A stretch of 46,910 nucleotides of DNA from Planctomycetota bacterium (lineage in GTDB: Bacteria > Planctomycetota > Phycisphaerae > UBA1845 > JANYLN01). Positions 25,244 to 35,817 of this stretch are shown piece after piece (the stretch's first letter is position 1; each line of letters begins with the position of its first letter). Below the pieces are notes generated by a model, which ran no database searches, was not told where the DNA came from, and saw nothing but the letters and a program-made list of their open reading frames with translations. The stretch is from assembly GCA_025357795.1 (NCBI GenBank), contig JANYLN010000292.1:1-46910 (forward strand). The letters are read 5' to 3'. The translations under genes and the position numbers were made by a program.

Positions 25244-25275
25244 GAACGTGTAACTGCTGGATCGGGATTTAAGCG

Positions 25276-26127
25276 ATGGGTATCAGAAAATACAGTCCGA
25301 CGACGCCGGGACGCCGCTGGGGCAGCGTGCTGGATTACTCCGAGATCACCAAGGACAAGCCCGAGAAGAGCCTCCTTGAGCCGCTCCGCAAAAGTGGCGG
25401 GCGGAATAATCTCGGTCGGGTCACCAGCCGGTTCCGTGGTGGCGGCAACAAGCGGATGTACCGCGTCATCGACTTTAAACGCCGCAAGGATGGCGTCAAG
25501 GGCAAGGTCGCGGCGATCGAATACGATCCCAACCGTTCTTGCTTCATTGCCCTGATCGAGTACGGCGATGCCGAGAAGCGCTATATCCTCGCCCCGCTGA
25601 ACCTCAAGGTCGGTGCCACGATCGAGAGCGGTGAGTCGGTCGAGCCCGCCATCGGGAACTGCATGCCGATGAAGGGGATCCCGGTCGGTTTGACAGTGCA
25701 TAATATTGAAATGAACCCGGGGCAGGGCGGTCGGCTGGTCCGCTCCGCCGGCGGCACGGCCCGGCTGATGGCCCGCGAAGGCGAGTGGGCGGTTGTCCAG
25801 TTGCCCAGCGGCGAAATGCGTCGGCTCCGCGCCGAGTGCCGCGCGACGATCGGCCAGTTGGGCAACCTCGACCACTCGAACGTCTCGCTAGGCAAGGCGG
25901 GCAAGAAGCGTCACCGGGGCCGCAAGCCGCATGTCCGTGGCATGGTGATGAACCCGGTCGACCATCCGATGGGCGGCGGCGAAGGCCGCAGTAAGTCGAA
26001 CATCCACCCGCAGAGTCCGACGGGCGTGCTGGCCAAGGGTGGCAAGACCCGTAACCCCCGCAAGACGAGCAATAAGTGGATCATCCGTCGTCGGCGCAGT
26101 GTGCGGTACGGCCAGCTGGTGCTGTAA
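25276..26127 (+). CDS. rplB: 50S ribosomal protein L2
   Basis: [14 protein letters not shown]... and [24 protein letters not shown] blocks. Confidence 0.96.
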   Translation: MGIRKYSPTTPGRRWGSVLDYSEITKDKPEKSLLEPLRKSGGRNNLGRVTSRFRGGGNKRMYRVIDFKRRKDGVKGKVAAIEYDPNRSCFIALIEYGDAEKRYILAPLNLKVGATIESGESVEPAIGNCMPMKGIPVGLTVHNIEMNPGQGGRLVRSAGGTARLMAREGEWAVVQLPSGEMRRLRAECRATIGQLGNLDHSNVSLGKAGKKRHRGRKPHVRGMVMNPVDHPMGGGEGRSKSNIHPQSPTGVLAKGGKTRNPRKTSNKWIIRRRRSVRYGQLVL

Positions 26128-26184
26128 GACCAAGGTTGAGTGCGGTAAGAGCATTGATTAAGCAAGGCAGGTTTGGAGCGAGTC

Positions 26185-26466
26185 ATGCCCAGAAGCCTGA
26201 AAAAGGGTCCATACGTAGTCGAGAAGGTGTTTGCCAAGGTCATGAAGGCCCGGGAAACAGGTGATAGCGCCCCCATCAAGACGTGGGCGCGCCGCTGCAC
26301 GATCGTTCCCGAGTTCGTCGGCCAGACGTTCGAAGTGCACAACGGCCGGGTTTTTCTAAAGGTATACGTGACGGAAGAGATGGTTGGCCACAAGCTGGGC
26401 GAGTTCTCCCCGACGCGGACGTTCCGCGGTCACAGCGGGCACCGCAAGGCGGGCGCCCCGGCGTAA
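26185..26466 (+). CDS. rpsS: 30S ribosomal protein S19
   Basis: [11 protein letters not shown]... at ATG 26185 with GGAG 6 nt upstream. The ORF track starts at TTG 26173. Confidence 0.95.
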   Translation: MPRSLKKGPYVVEKVFAKVMKARETGDSAPIKTWARRCTIVPEFVGQTFEVHNGRVFLKVYVTEEMVGHKLGEFSPTRTFRGHSGHRKAGAPA

Positions 26467-26533
26467 GCCTCCGGGCGCAGGATTGTCAGGGCCGTAGGTC
26501 AGACTTTTTGCAACGGACGCTGGAGTAAGTGTA

Positions 26534-26866
26534 ATGGCTTGGACAGCCTCGCATAAATTCGCTCGAATCAGCCCCCAGAAGGCGCGGCTGGTCGTGGATC
26601 TGATTCGCGGCAAGCGCGTCCAGGAGGCGTTGACCCTCCTGAAGTTCACGCGGAAGCGCGCCGCGGTGTTCATCTATCAGGTGCTCAAGTCGGCCACAGC
26701 CAACGCTGATGAGCAGGAAGCCGATGTTAAGAATCTGTTCGTCAAGGAGTGCCGGGTTGATCCGGGGCCGACCATGCACCGGTTCCAGCCGAAGGACCGC
26801 GGTCGGGCGCACCCGATCAAGAAGCGGTCGAGCCACATTATCGTGACGGTGGACGAGAAGCAGTAG
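26534..26866 (+). CDS. rplV: 50S ribosomal protein L22
   Basis: ISPQKARLVVDLIRGKRVQEALTLLKF... is a typical L22. Confidence 0.95.
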   Translation: MAWTASHKFARISPQKARLVVDLIRGKRVQEALTLLKFTRKRAAVFIYQVLKSATANADEQEADVKNLFVKECRVDPGPTMHRFQPKDRGRAHPIKKRSSHIIVTVDEKQ

Positions 26867-26891
26867 AAGCAGGTAAGAGCCGGAGGCGGCC

Positions 26892-27593
26892 GTGGGCCAG
26901 AAGGTACATCCAAAAGGTTTTCGAGTTGGCATCACCGAGGACTGGGAGAGCCGTTGGTTCGCCCCAAGTAAGAGGGCGTTCGGCGAGTTCCTGGTCGAGG
27001 ATGAGAAGATCCGCAGGTTCGTGGACGCCAAGCTGAATCGCCAGCCGCCGTTCGCCAGCGTCAGCCGGGTCGAGATCGAGCGGACGCGCGACGAAGTGCG
27101 GGTGATCATACATACCGCCAGGCCGGGCATCGTGATCGGCCCTCGCGGCGCCGAGATCGAGAAGCTTCGCGCCATCCTGGAAGGGTTGATCCAGCGCCGT
27201 GTGGACGTGCAGGTTCGCGAGATCCGCAACCCGGACGTCGATGCTCAGCTCGTGGCCGAGGCCGTCGCCGAGCAGCTGCGTCGCCGGGCGAGTTTCCGCC
27301 GTGTGATGAAGCAGCGGTGCGAGACGGCCCTGCAGAGCGGTGCCAAGGGTGTCAAGATCATCTGCTCGGGCCGCTTGGGCGGGGCCGAGATGAGCCGCCG
27401 CGAGACCCAGCAGATGGGTTCGATCCCGCTGGCGACGCTTCAGGCGAAGGTGGAGTACGGCTTCGCGATCGCTCGCACGACGTACGGGGTGATCGGCGTG
27501 CGGGCTTGGGTCCACCTGGGCCGTTACGGCGAAACCGAGGCCGTCGAAGGCCAGGCGCCGCAGCGTCCGCAGCGGCGGGGTCGCCGTGGCTAA
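26892..27593 (+). CDS. rpsC: 30S ribosomal protein S3
   Basis: GTG start with GGAGG upstream. MGQKVHPKGFRVG... and the KH-domain block. Confidence 0.96.
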   Translation: MGQKVHPKGFRVGITEDWESRWFAPSKRAFGEFLVEDEKIRRFVDAKLNRQPPFASVSRVEIERTRDEVRVIIHTARPGIVIGPRGAEIEKLRAILEGLIQRRVDVQVREIRNPDVDAQLVAEAVAEQLRRRASFRRVMKQRCETALQSGAKGVKIICSGRLGGAEMSRRETQQMGSIPLATLQAKVEYGFAIARTTYGVIGVRAWVHLGRYGETEAVEGQAPQRPQRRGRRG

Positions 27594-27647
27594 GCGGCGG
27601 AGCGACAGTAGGGTTTAGACGGACGAGAATTACCAGGAGCGTTTGCC

Positions 27648-28070
27648 ATGCCGCTGATGCCAAAACGCGTGAAGTTCAGGAAGTTTCATAAGGGCCGCGT
27701 CCGCGGGAACGCCACCCGTGGCAACACCGTCGCGTTCGGTGAGTACGGCCTGCAGTCGCTCGAGAGCGAGCGGGTCACCGCCCAGCAGATCGAGGCCGGC
27801 CGTGTGGCCGCCACGCATCACGTGGGCCGTGAAGGCCGCGTGTACGTCCGGATGTTCCCGCACAAGTCGGTCTCCGGTAAGCCGCTCGAAGTCCGAATGG
27901 GCAAGGGCAAAGGAGAACCGGTGGCTTGGGTCGCGGTGGTCCGGCCGGGCACGGTAATGTACGAGATTGGCGGCGTACCGGAAGACCTGGCGCGGGAGGC
28001 CCTGTCGCGGGTGGCCCACAAGATGCCGGTCAAGACACGGATGGTTCGTCGCAGGCACGGTTTGGTGTAA
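27648..28070 (+). CDS. rplP: 50S ribosomal protein L16
   Basis: MPLMPKRVKFRKFHKGR... with AGGAG Shine-Dalgarno 8 nt upstream. Confidence 0.95.
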   Translation: MPLMPKRVKFRKFHKGRVRGNATRGNTVAFGEYGLQSLESERVTAQQIEAGRVAATHHVGREGRVYVRMFPHKSVSGKPLEVRMGKGKGEPVAWVAVVRPGTVMYEIGGVPEDLAREALSRVAHKMPVKTRMVRRRHGLV

Positions 28071-28083
28071 TTGGGACGGTATC

Positions 28084-28320
28084 ATGAAGATTGATGAAAT
28101 CCGACAGATGACGACTGACGAGTTGTACCACGAGCTGGTGAGGCTGCGGCGCCACCTGTTCGAGCTGCAGAGTCAGGCCGTGACGGAGAAGCTCGAGGAT
28201 CCGTCCCAGCTCGGAAAGACCAAGCGGGACATCGCCCGGACTCTGACGGTCCTGCGGGAGCGCGGTGAGACCGGGATCGAGATCAAGGAACTGAAGCTGG
28301 AGCGGGCGAGCCACCGCTAA
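28084..28320 (+). CDS. rpmC: 50S ribosomal protein L29
   Basis: MKIDEIRQMTTDELYHELVRLRRHLFELQSQ... at ATG 28084. The ORF track extends upstream into rplP. Confidence 0.92.
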   Translation: MKIDEIRQMTTDELYHELVRLRRHLFELQSQAVTEKLEDPSQLGKTKRDIARTLTVLRERGETGIEIKELKLERASHR

Positions 28321-28340
28321 GACCGCGGTGATCCCGATGC

Positions 28341-28670
28341 ATGGCTGAAAGGGGCCTAGACGTGAGCGAAGCAACGAGCTCGGAAAACCGCGGCAGCCCG
28401 CGTCAGTTGACGGGGCGGGTTCTGGCGCACAATCGCGATAAGACGATCAAGGTCGCGGTCGAGAGAATGACAAAGCACCCGGCCTACGGTAAGTACATGA
28501 AACGCCGCACGGTATGCCATGTTCATGACGAACAGAACCTGGCCAAGACCGGGGATTTCGTCGAGATCATGGAGTGCCGGCCGATTAGCAAGACTAAGAA
28601 TTGGCGGCTGGTCAAGGTGGTCGAGAAGAGCCGTACGGGTGAAGTGACGCCGGCCGGCGCCGAGGGTTAG
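28341..28670 (+). CDS. rpsQ: 30S ribosomal protein S17
   Basis: [59 protein letters not shown]. The start is ambiguous: ATG 28341, or GTG 28362 which has AAGGGG upstream. Confidence 0.92.
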   Translation: MAERGLDVSEATSSENRGSPRQLTGRVLAHNRDKTIKVAVERMTKHPAYGKYMKRRTVCHVHDEQNLAKTGDFVEIMECRPISKTKNWRLVKVVEKSRTGEVTPAGAEG

Positions 28671-28674
28671 TGCC

Positions 28675-29076
28675 ATGGTACAGATGAAGACAATCATCGA
28701 CATTGCGGACAACACCGGAGCCAAGCTGGCGATGGTGATCAACATACCAGGCCGCAGTACGCGGCGCGGTAAGTACACCCGCGTGACCGCCAGCATTGGT
28801 GATATCGTGGTGTGCACGGTAAAGAAGGCGTTGCCCAACAGCGAATTCATGAAGCCTGGCAACAAGAAGGCCCGCGTCGTAAAAGCGGTGATCGTGCGGA
28901 CGAAGTTCCCGGTCCGCCGGGCCGACGGCAGCTACGTGCGGTTCGATAGCAATGCGGCTGTCATCATCGACGAAGAAGGGAATCCTCGCGGAACGCGTAT
29001 CTTCGGGGCGGTTGCCCGCGAACTGCGCGAAAAGAACTTTATGAAGATCGTCTCGCTGGCCAGCGAGGTCGTCTAA
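28675..29076 (+). CDS. rplN: 50S ribosomal protein L14
   Basis: [17 protein letters not shown]... and C-terminal [25 protein letters not shown]. Confidence 0.95.
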   Translation: MVQMKTIIDIADNTGAKLAMVINIPGRSTRRGKYTRVTASIGDIVVCTVKKALPNSEFMKPGNKKARVVKAVIVRTKFPVRRADGSYVRFDSNAAVIIDEEGNPRGTRIFGAVARELREKNFMKIVSLASEVV

Positions 29077-29098
29077 TTAAGCGGAGTCTCAATACGTC

Positions 29099-29437
29099 AT
29101 GGCCTCCCACGTGAAAAAAGGCGATATCGTCGAAGTTATATCCGGCAACCACAAGGGCGAGCAGGGCAAAATCCTGCGGATCAATCTGGACAAGAGCCAG
29201 GTGATCATCGAAAGCATCAACATGGTGTACAGGCATATGCGGCCCAGCCGGCGTTATCCGCAGGGGGGGCGCATCCAGAAGGAAGCCCCGATCCACATGA
29301 GCAGCGTGTTGCCAGTGGATCCCAAGACCGGCAAGGGATCGCGGGTGAAGTTCGAGATAACCCGTGATGCAGCCGGCAAGGCGACCGGCAAGAAGCGCGT
29401 GACGGTCAAGGGCACGGTCCTCAACGACCTGTACTAG
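29099..29437 (+). CDS. rplX: 50S ribosomal protein L24
   Basis: KOW motif VKKGDIVEVISGNHKGEQGKILRI, at the position between rplN and rplE. Confidence 0.94.
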   Translation: MASHVKKGDIVEVISGNHKGEQGKILRINLDKSQVIIESINMVYRHMRPSRRYPQGGRIQKEAPIHMSSVLPVDPKTGKGSRVKFEITRDAAGKATGKKRVTVKGTVLNDLY

Positions 29438-29495
29438 AATGACGGGATATCTTAGTGCTTGACGGTTGGTACCGTCGGGCGGAGAGAAGTGAGCG

Positions 29496-30224
29496 ATGGC
29501 GAAGAAAGACCACAGCGAGTCCCCGGAAGGCCAGAAGCAGTCCAAGAAGCCTAAGGGTGAAGGTAAAGCCAAGGGCGAAGGCAAAGTCAAGGGCGAAGGT
29601 AAGCCCAAGGGCGAGGGCCAGGATGCGGCCGAAGACAAGGCCAAAGAAAAGAAGCCCATTGAGAAGCCTCGTCTGATGGTCCGGTTCCAGCAGGAAATCG
29701 CCGGCGAACTGAAAGAGGCGCTGCAGAAGACCAACGTGATGGCCGTGCCCCGGCTGAGCAAGGTCGTGGTGAGTATGGGCTTGGGCAAGGCAGTCGCGGA
29801 AGGTGGCGCCAAGAGCGTTGAGACCAAACGCTTCCAGGACGCGATCAACCAGATTTCGACGGTGGTTGGGCAGAGGCCGGTGGTGACGCGGGCCCGGAAG
29901 AGTGTCGCCCAGTTCAAAGTTCGCCAGGGCTGGCCCGTTGGCGTGAAGGTAACCATCCGCGGTGCGCGGATGTGGGAATTCATGGATCGTCTGATCAATC
30001 TGGCTGTGCCGCGCATCCGCGACTTCCGCGGGCTGGATCCGAAGGGCTTTGATGGCCGCGGCAACTACAACATGGGCGTGACCGAGCAGACCGTGTTTCC
30101 GGAGATTGACGCCAGCTTGGTGACGTACCAGCAGGGTATGAACGTGACGGTCTGCACGACCGCCAAGAACGATACGGAGGCCTTCGAGCTTCTGCGTCGG
30201 TTGGGGATGCCGTTCCGGGCGTAA
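29496..30224 (+). CDS. rplE: 50S ribosomal protein L5 with Lys/Gly/Glu-rich N-terminal extension
   Basis: Conserved L5 core from about residue 58 ([19 protein letters not shown]... [26 protein letters not shown]), preceded by KGEGK repeats. Confidence 0.93.
   Translation: MAKKDHSESPEGQKQSKKPKGEGKAKGEGKVKGEGKPKGEGQDAAEDKAKEKKPIEKPRLMVRFQQEIAGELKEALQKTNVMAVPRLSKVVVSMGLGKAVAEGGAKSVETKRFQDAINQISTVVGQRPVVTRARKSVAQFKVRQGWPVGVKVTIRGARMWEFMDRLINLAVPRIRDFRGLDPKGFDGRGNYNMGVTEQTVFPEIDASLVTYQQGMNVTVCTTAKNDTEAFELLRRLGMPFRA
29553..29621 (+). repeat. in-frame 18-nt tandem repeat (about 3.8 copies) in the 5' part of rplE
   Basis: aagggtgaaggtaaagcc / aagggcgaaggcaaagtc / aagggcgaaggtaagccc / aagggcgagggccag, encoding [23 protein letters not shown]. 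Confidence 0.85.
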
Positions 30225-30273
30225 GGCAGCAGGAAGGTCCAGCGAGAGCCGGACCCAGAATGGGTGGACGAAC

Positions 30274-30459
30274 ATGGCGACGAAGGCGTGGATAGCCAAG
30301 ACCAAGAGGACCCCGAAGTTCAAGGTGCGGGCCTACACGCGGTGCGAGCTGTGTGGGCGGCGCCGGGCAGTGTACCAGAAGTTCCGGATCTGCCGGATTT
30401 GTTTCCGGACGCTTGCAAACCAGGGCAAGATTCCGGGCGTACGCAAGGCAAGCTGGTAG
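30274..30459 (+). CDS. rpsN: 30S ribosomal protein S14, short zinc-binding (type Z) form
   Basis: 61 aa with [20 protein letters not shown] (CxxC...CxxC) and C-terminal GVRKASW. Confidence 0.94.
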   Translation: MATKAWIAKTKRTPKFKVRAYTRCELCGRRRAVYQKFRICRICFRTLANQGKIPGVRKASW

Positions 30460-30505
30460 GGTACAGTCGCAACGCAACACGACTATATGATATTCGGAGC
30501 AAGCG

Positions 30506-30901
30506 ATGTGGAGTGATCCAATCGCGGACATGTTGACGCGAATCAGTAACGGCTTACGGGCGAAGAAGCGCCAGGTGAAGATTCCTTCTTCCGGCGTGAA
30601 GGTCGGTCTAGCGACCGTCCTTAAGGAAGAAGGGTACATCGATGACTTCGATGTGATCGAGGATACCAAACAGGGTATTCTGCGGGTCACCTTGAAGTAC
30701 ACGGCCAATGGCGAGCCGATCATCAACGCCCTGCGCCGCGAGAGCAAGCCCGGTCGCCGGATCTACAAACCGGTTACCGATGTGCCCCAGGTCCTCAACG
30801 GCTTGGGCACGGCAATCCTCTCGACCAGCAAGGGCGTGATGAGCGATCGCAAGTGCCGCGAGAATAACGTCGGTGGCGAGCTCCTCTGTACGGTATATTG
30901 A
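30506..30901 (+). CDS. rpsH: 30S ribosomal protein S8
   Basis: [13 protein letters not shown]... at the N-terminus and [28 protein letters not shown] at the C-terminus. Confidence 0.95.
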   Translation: MWSDPIADMLTRISNGLRAKKRQVKIPSSGVKVGLATVLKEEGYIDDFDVIEDTKQGILRVTLKYTANGEPIINALRRESKPGRRIYKPVTDVPQVLNGLGTAILSTSKGVMSDRKCRENNVGGELLCTVY

Positions 30902-30926
30902 TGGATTTCAGCAGGACGGATCAGAT

Positions 30927-31514
30927 ATGTCTCGCATAGGTAGAAAACCGATTGCGGTCCCTCCACAAGTCAAGATCGAGGTCAAGAACAGCTCGATCCA
31001 CGTGGAAGGCCCCAAGGGCAAGCTGGACTGGAAGTTCCACGAACGCATGCAGGTGGCCTTTGACGCCCCTGCCTGCCAGGTGAACGTCACCCGCGCCGGG
31101 GACGAGCGGCTCGACCGCTCGCTGCACGGACTGACGCGGACCCTGATCAGCAATATGATCAAGGGCGTTGTCGAGGGTTACGAGCGCAAGCTTGAAATCC
31201 ACGGCGTTGGCTACCAGGTCAAGCTCCAGGGCAAAAACCTGCTGCTGGACGCAGGCCACACCGGCCGTAAGGAAGGTGGCCAGGTCGCGGAGTTCATCAT
31301 CGAAATCCCCTCGGGGATCACGGTGAAGGTGGAGCAGGTGACCAACCCGGGTAAGTTCGCGATCTCGGGCGTGGACAAGCAACTCGTCGGGCAGTTCGCC
31401 TCGGAAATCCGGGCGATTCGTCCGCCGGACCCGTACCAGGCCAAGGGTATTCGGTTTGAGGGCGAGTACATTCGTCGGAAGCAAGGTAAGGCTGCAGTCG
31501 GTACGAGCAGCTAA
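30927..31514 (+). CDS. rplF: 50S ribosomal protein L6
   Basis: MSRIGRKPIAVPPQVKIEV... at ATG 30927. The ORF track extends upstream into rpsH. Confidence 0.94.
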   Translation: MSRIGRKPIAVPPQVKIEVKNSSIHVEGPKGKLDWKFHERMQVAFDAPACQVNVTRAGDERLDRSLHGLTRTLISNMIKGVVEGYERKLEIHGVGYQVKLQGKNLLLDAGHTGRKEGGQVAEFIIEIPSGITVKVEQVTNPGKFAISGVDKQLVGQFASEIRAIRPPDPYQAKGIRFEGEYIRRKQGKAAVGTSS

Positions 31515-31533
31515 TAATTAAGGTCGGACTCGG

Positions 31534-31905
31534 ATGAATATTCAACGGATGAAGGAAGTGCGGCATCAGCGCCGCAGGGCGCGGATTCGCAAGACGGTGC
31601 GTGGGATCGCGAGCAAGCCGCGCCTCACCGTGTTTCGAAGCGTGAAGCATATTTATGCCCAGGTTATCGACGACATGAAGGGCCATACCCTGCTGTCCAT
31701 GAGCACGGTCAATGAGCCGCTGGTGGGCGAGATCGGGACCAAGGGCGGCAACAAGGTCGCTGCCGTCAAGGTCGGCCAGGCGCTGGCGAAGCTGGCGTTG
31801 GAGAAGGGCATTACGGCGGTGGTCTTCGATCGCAACGGCTATCGGTTCCATGGCCGGATCAAGGCGCTGGCCGATGCCGCCCGCGAGGCCGGACTGAAGT
31901 TCTAA
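31534..31905 (+). CDS. rplR: 50S ribosomal protein L18
   Basis: [19 protein letters not shown]... and [28 protein letters not shown]. Confidence 0.95.
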   Translation: MNIQRMKEVRHQRRRARIRKTVRGIASKPRLTVFRSVKHIYAQVIDDMKGHTLLSMSTVNEPLVGEIGTKGGNKVAAVKVGQALAKLALEKGITAVVFDRNGYRFHGRIKALADAAREAGLKF

Positions 31906-31933
31906 CGAGGACAAGGCTGTAAGGAAACGCGCT

Positions 31934-32440
31934 ATGGCGATGAAGTACGTAAACGTCAGCGAACTTCCCCTGGAAGAGACGGTCGTCAAGATCTACCGCT
32001 GCTCCAAGGTCGTTCGCGGGGGCAGGCGGTTTAGCTTTGGGGCCTTGGTCGCCGTCGGCGATCGCGGGGGTCACGTCGGTATGGGTTACGGCAAGGCCAA
32101 CGAGGTCCCGGCCGCTGTGGAAAAGGCGATGAAGGCCGCCCGTCGGGCGGTCGTCGTCGCGACCCTGACTGGTACGACGATCCCGCACGAGGTCCACGGC
32201 CGCTTTGGCGCCAGCCATATTAAGCTGGTCCCGGCCAGCGCGGGTACGGGCGTGATCGCCTGCTCGCCGGTGCGTGCGGTCCTGGAACTCGCGGGCATCC
32301 GCGATGTGTTGAGCAAGGCGACTGGCTCGACCAATCCCAAGAACTTGGTCAAGGCGACCTTCGATGCCCTCGCCCAGATACGGTCGCGCGAGAGTGTGGA
32401 GAGTCGGCGGGGCGTATCGTTGGCGGCTGCGGTCAAGTAA
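31934..32440 (+). CDS. rpsE: 30S ribosomal protein S5
   Basis: VVKIYRCSKVVRGGRRFSFGALVAVGDRGGHVGMGYGKANEVPAAVEKA is a typical S5. Confidence 0.95.
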   Translation: MAMKYVNVSELPLEETVVKIYRCSKVVRGGRRFSFGALVAVGDRGGHVGMGYGKANEVPAAVEKAMKAARRAVVVATLTGTTIPHEVHGRFGASHIKLVPASAGTGVIACSPVRAVLELAGIRDVLSKATGSTNPKNLVKATFDALAQIRSRESVESRRGVSLAAAVK

Positions 32441-32476
32441 GGCCCGCGCCTAGAGCAGTTGGGAGTGTGTTCCACA

Positions 32477-32926
32477 ATGAATATTACTGATATCACAAGC
32501 AGAGCGGGCGCCAATAAGCGCAAGAAGCGGGTTGGTCGCGGTGAGTCCAGCGGCCACGGCAAGACTTGCTGCCGAGGCAACAAGGGTGCGGGCGCCCGGG
32601 CGGGTACCCCCGGTACAATGAAACTCAAGGAAGGCGGGCAGACGCCGCTGTTCAAGCGGCTGCCGAAGCGCGGCTTCAGCAACTTCCGCTTCCGTAAGGT
32701 CTACAGCGTTGTCAACGTTAAAGATCTGGAAGATGCCTTCGAGGCTGGCGCGACGGTCAACGCCGCGTCCCTGGTCGAGGCCAAGCTGATCCGCAACGCC
32801 ACCGACGCGGTTAAGCTGCTCGGGGATGGCACCCTCAGCAAGAAACTCGTGGTCGAAGTGACCAAAGTCAGCCGGCAGGCGGCCGAGAAGGTCAAGGCGG
32901 CCGGCGGGGATGTAAAGGTTGTCTAA
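32477..32926 (+). CDS. rplO: 50S ribosomal protein L15
   Basis: KRKKRVGRGESSGHGKT... with ATG 32477 (MNITDIT...) preferred over TTG 32459. Confidence 0.93.
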   Translation: MNITDITSRAGANKRKKRVGRGESSGHGKTCCRGNKGAGARAGTPGTMKLKEGGQTPLFKRLPKRGFSNFRFRKVYSVVNVKDLEDAFEAGATVNAASLVEAKLIRNATDAVKLLGDGTLSKKLVVEVTKVSRQAAEKVKAAGGDVKVV

Positions 32927-32985
32927 CATAGGAGGCAAGGCCTGATCCGCCTTGGCGGGACAAGGCCGTGCAGCGGGAAATAGTT

Positions 32986-34365
32986 ATGCTGCGAACCTTC
33001 CTGAATATGTGGCGCATCCCGGAGCTGCGGAACAAGATCTTGTTCACGATCGGGATGCTCATCATCTACCGCATCGGGTTCCACATCGCGCTGCCTGGTG
33101 TCAACCAGGACGTGCTGGCCGAAAAGTTCAAGCACATGGGGGAGGGCGGTGGCACCGGGCAGGCCATGAAGCAGTTGGCGGATTACTTCGCCCTGTTCAC
33201 CGGCGGCAGCCTCCAGCAGAGTACAGTGTTCGGCTTGGGCATCATGCCCTACATCTCTGCTTCCATTATTTTTGAATTGCTTGTGACGGTCGTGCCCAGC
33301 CTTGAGCGGCTTCGTCGCGAGGGCGAGACCGGCCGGCGCAAGATCCGCGAGTACACACGCTATGCCACCGTCGCCCTGTGTTTCATCCAGGGCGTCCTCT
33401 GGCTGAATTTGATTCGCCAGCAGGGCATGGTCTATGCCGACTTCGCCAACAGCATCGGCTTTGTCCTGATGGGGTTGTTGGGCCTCACGGCTGGCACGGT
33501 CTTCTTGATGTGGCTGGGCGAGCAGATCGACGAGTACGGCATCGGCAACGGCGTCAGTTTGATCATTATGGCGGGTATTCTTTCCCGGCTGCCCCAGGCG
33601 GTGATCATGGTCGTCCGCCAGTCCAATATGAAGATCGGGGCCAGCGCCGGCGAGATGGGCCCTGGCACGATCATCAGCCTGCTCGCAGGGTTCGTGGCAG
33701 TCGTGGCCGCGACGATCTTCATCACCCAGGCCCAACGCCGCATCCCGGTCCAGCAGTCCAAGATGATGCGCGGCCGGCGGGTTTTCGGTGGCCAGAGGCA
33801 ATATCTGCCGCTGCGGATCAACCATGGCGGCGTGATGCCGATCATCTTTGCCAGTTCGCTGCTGATGTTCCCGATGATTGCGTTCGGGTCGCTCCGGGAC
33901 TCTGGCTGGGCGCCCCAGGCCTTCTGGATCTTCCTGGCAGACTCGTTCCAGTTCGCCCACTTCCCATATATCGTGGCCTACATTGCCTTGGTATACTTCT
34001 TCAGCTACTTCTGGACGACGGTGACGTTCCAGCCGAAGGAAGTGGCCAACAACCTGCGGGACATGGGGTCGTTCATCCCGGGTCTGCGGGCCGGCAAGCG
34101 GACCGCTGACTATCTCGAGACGGTCATGATCCGTGTGACCTACGTCGGTGCGGCGTTCCTTGCGGCCATCGCGGTCCTGCCGGAAGTGGTTTTCAACTGG
34201 CTGGGAGTGCCCTACACCGTCGCTACCTTCCTGGGTGGCACGAGTTTGCTGATCGTCGTCAGCGTCGGCCTGGACGCCATCAACCGGATCGAGGCACACC
34301 TTGTGATGCGGAATTACAGCGGTTTCCTGGGGGAGAAGGGCCGGATTAGAGGAGGTCGCGGGTGA
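32986..34365 (+). CDS. secY: preprotein translocase subunit SecY
   Basis: MLRTFLNMWRIPELRNKILFTIGMLIIYRIG..., multi-TM protein between rplO and adk. Alternative GTG start at 32968. Confidence 0.95.
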   Translation: MLRTFLNMWRIPELRNKILFTIGMLIIYRIGFHIALPGVNQDVLAEKFKHMGEGGGTGQAMKQLADYFALFTGGSLQQSTVFGLGIMPYISASIIFELLVTVVPSLERLRREGETGRRKIREYTRYATVALCFIQGVLWLNLIRQQGMVYADFANSIGFVLMGLLGLTAGTVFLMWLGEQIDEYGIGNGVSLIIMAGILSRLPQAVIMVVRQSNMKIGASAGEMGPGTIISLLAGFVAVVAATIFITQAQRRIPVQQSKMMRGRRVFGGQRQYLPLRINHGGVMPIIFASSLLMFPMIAFGSLRDSGWAPQAFWIFLADSFQFAHFPYIVAYIALVYFFSYFWTTVTFQPKEVANNLRDMGSFIPGLRAGKRTADYLETVMIRVTYVGAAFLAAIAVLPEVVFNWLGVPYTVATFLGGTSLLIVVSVGLDAINRIEAHLVMRNYSGFLGEKGRIRGGRG

Positions 34366-34994
34366 TAGCAATTCTGTTGGGACCCCCGGGAGCCGGCAAG
34401 GGAACTCAGGCCAAGCGCCTAGCGCAGAAGATGCAGGCGCTTCATCTGTCCAGCGGGGACCTGCTGCGGGCCGAGAAGGCCGCCGGGACCGAACTGGGCA
34501 AGCAGGCCGCTGGCTACATGGACCGTGGCGAACTGGTGCCTGACTCGCTGATCATCGAGATGATGGTGGGCAAGATGACCCAGGCCAAGTCGATCCTGTT
34601 GGACGGCTTCCCTCGGACGCTCGCCCAAGCCGAGGCGCTGGACGTCGGTCTGACGAAGCACGGGTTGAAGATCCACCGGATCATCAATATCGACGTGCCA
34701 GACGTTGAAGTCGAGCGGCGCATGACTGGCCGGCGGAGCTGTGCGGCCTGCGGAGCAGTCTATCATGTGGATTTCGCCCCGCCCAAAACCGCCGGTAAAT
34801 GCGACAAGGACGGCCTTGATCTCGTCCAGCGAAATGATGATAAGCCGGAGGTTGTGCGCAAGCGGCTTATCACGTATCATCAACAGACTCAGCCCCTTGT
34901 GGACTACTACAGCAAGCATGGGCTCCTGAAGGATGTTGACGGGACCCAGTCGCCCGAGAAGGTCGAAACCAAGGTCGAAGCGGCCTTGGCGTAG
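34362..34994 (+). CDS. adk: adenylate kinase (Cys3-Asp lid)
   Basis: P-loop GPPGAGKGTQA and lid CAACGAVYH...KCDKDG. The GTG start overlaps the secY stop by 4 nt. Confidence 0.95.
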   Translation: MIAILLGPPGAGKGTQAKRLAQKMQALHLSSGDLLRAEKAAGTELGKQAAGYMDRGELVPDSLIIEMMVGKMTQAKSILLDGFPRTLAQAEALDVGLTKHGLKIHRIINIDVPDVEVERRMTGRRSCAACGAVYHVDFAPPKTAGKCDKDGLDLVQRNDDKPEVVRKRLITYHQQTQPLVDYYSKHGLLKDVDGTQSPEKVETKVEAALA

Positions 34995-35021
34995 GCGACG
35001 AGCAGATTTGCCCGGTAGGCC

Positions 35022-35795
35022 ATGGTGAAACTGAAGAGCAAGCAGGAAATCGAGGCGATGCGACGGGCCGGGGCCCTGGTGGCCCATGTCCTGGAGCAGG
35101 TGCGACAAGCCGTAAGGCCTCAGGTTTCCACGGCAGAGTTGAACGCCTTGGCGGAAAGCCTGATCGCCGCAGCGGGTGCAGAACCGCTGTTCAAGGGCGT
35201 GCGATCGACGCAGGCGAAGTTCCCGTACCCGGCGGCGCTATGCACGAGCATCAATGAAGAGGTCGTGCACGGTGTGCCGGGTGTCCGCGTTCTGGCGGAA
35301 GGGGACATAATCAGCGTCGATTGCGGCGTCCGGTTGGACGGCTACTGCGGCGATGCGGCGATCACGATCCCGGTCGGCCAGGTCCGCCCGGAAGTCCAAC
35401 GGCTGATGCAGGTGACCGAAGAGGCTCTGGGTATTGCCGTCCGTGAGATTCGGCCGGGCGGCAAGTGGACCGACGTGGCCCGTGAGATGCAGAAGCACGT
35501 GGAGCAGGCGGGTTTCAGCGTCGTGCGCGAGTTTGTGGGGCACGGCATTGGCCGCAGCCTGCACGAGGATCCGAAGGTCCCGAACTTTGTGGATCGTGGC
35601 AGCCGGACCTTCGACTTGGTGCCCGGGCTTGTCCTGGCGGTTGAGCCGATGGTCAACATGGGCCGGCCCGACGTGGTCTATGGCGACTCGACCGGCTGGA
35701 CCGTGGTAAGCCGGGACCGCACTTGGGCGGCCCATTTTGAGCATACAATAGCAGTGACCGACAGCGGCAGTGATGTCCTGACGGTGGTACGATAA
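35022..35795 (+). CDS. map: type I methionine aminopeptidase
   Basis: Metal ligand blocks [34 protein letters not shown] and HFEHTI. Confidence 0.95.
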   Translation: MVKLKSKQEIEAMRRAGALVAHVLEQVRQAVRPQVSTAELNALAESLIAAAGAEPLFKGVRSTQAKFPYPAALCTSINEEVVHGVPGVRVLAEGDIISVDCGVRLDGYCGDAAITIPVGQVRPEVQRLMQVTEEALGIAVREIRPGGKWTDVAREMQKHVEQAGFSVVREFVGHGIGRSLHEDPKVPNFVDRGSRTFDLVPGLVLAVEPMVNMGRPDVVYGDSTGWTVVSRDRTWAAHFEHTIAVTDSGSDVLTVVR

Positions 35796-35817
35796 GAAAC
35801 GGAACAGGTTGGGCAAC

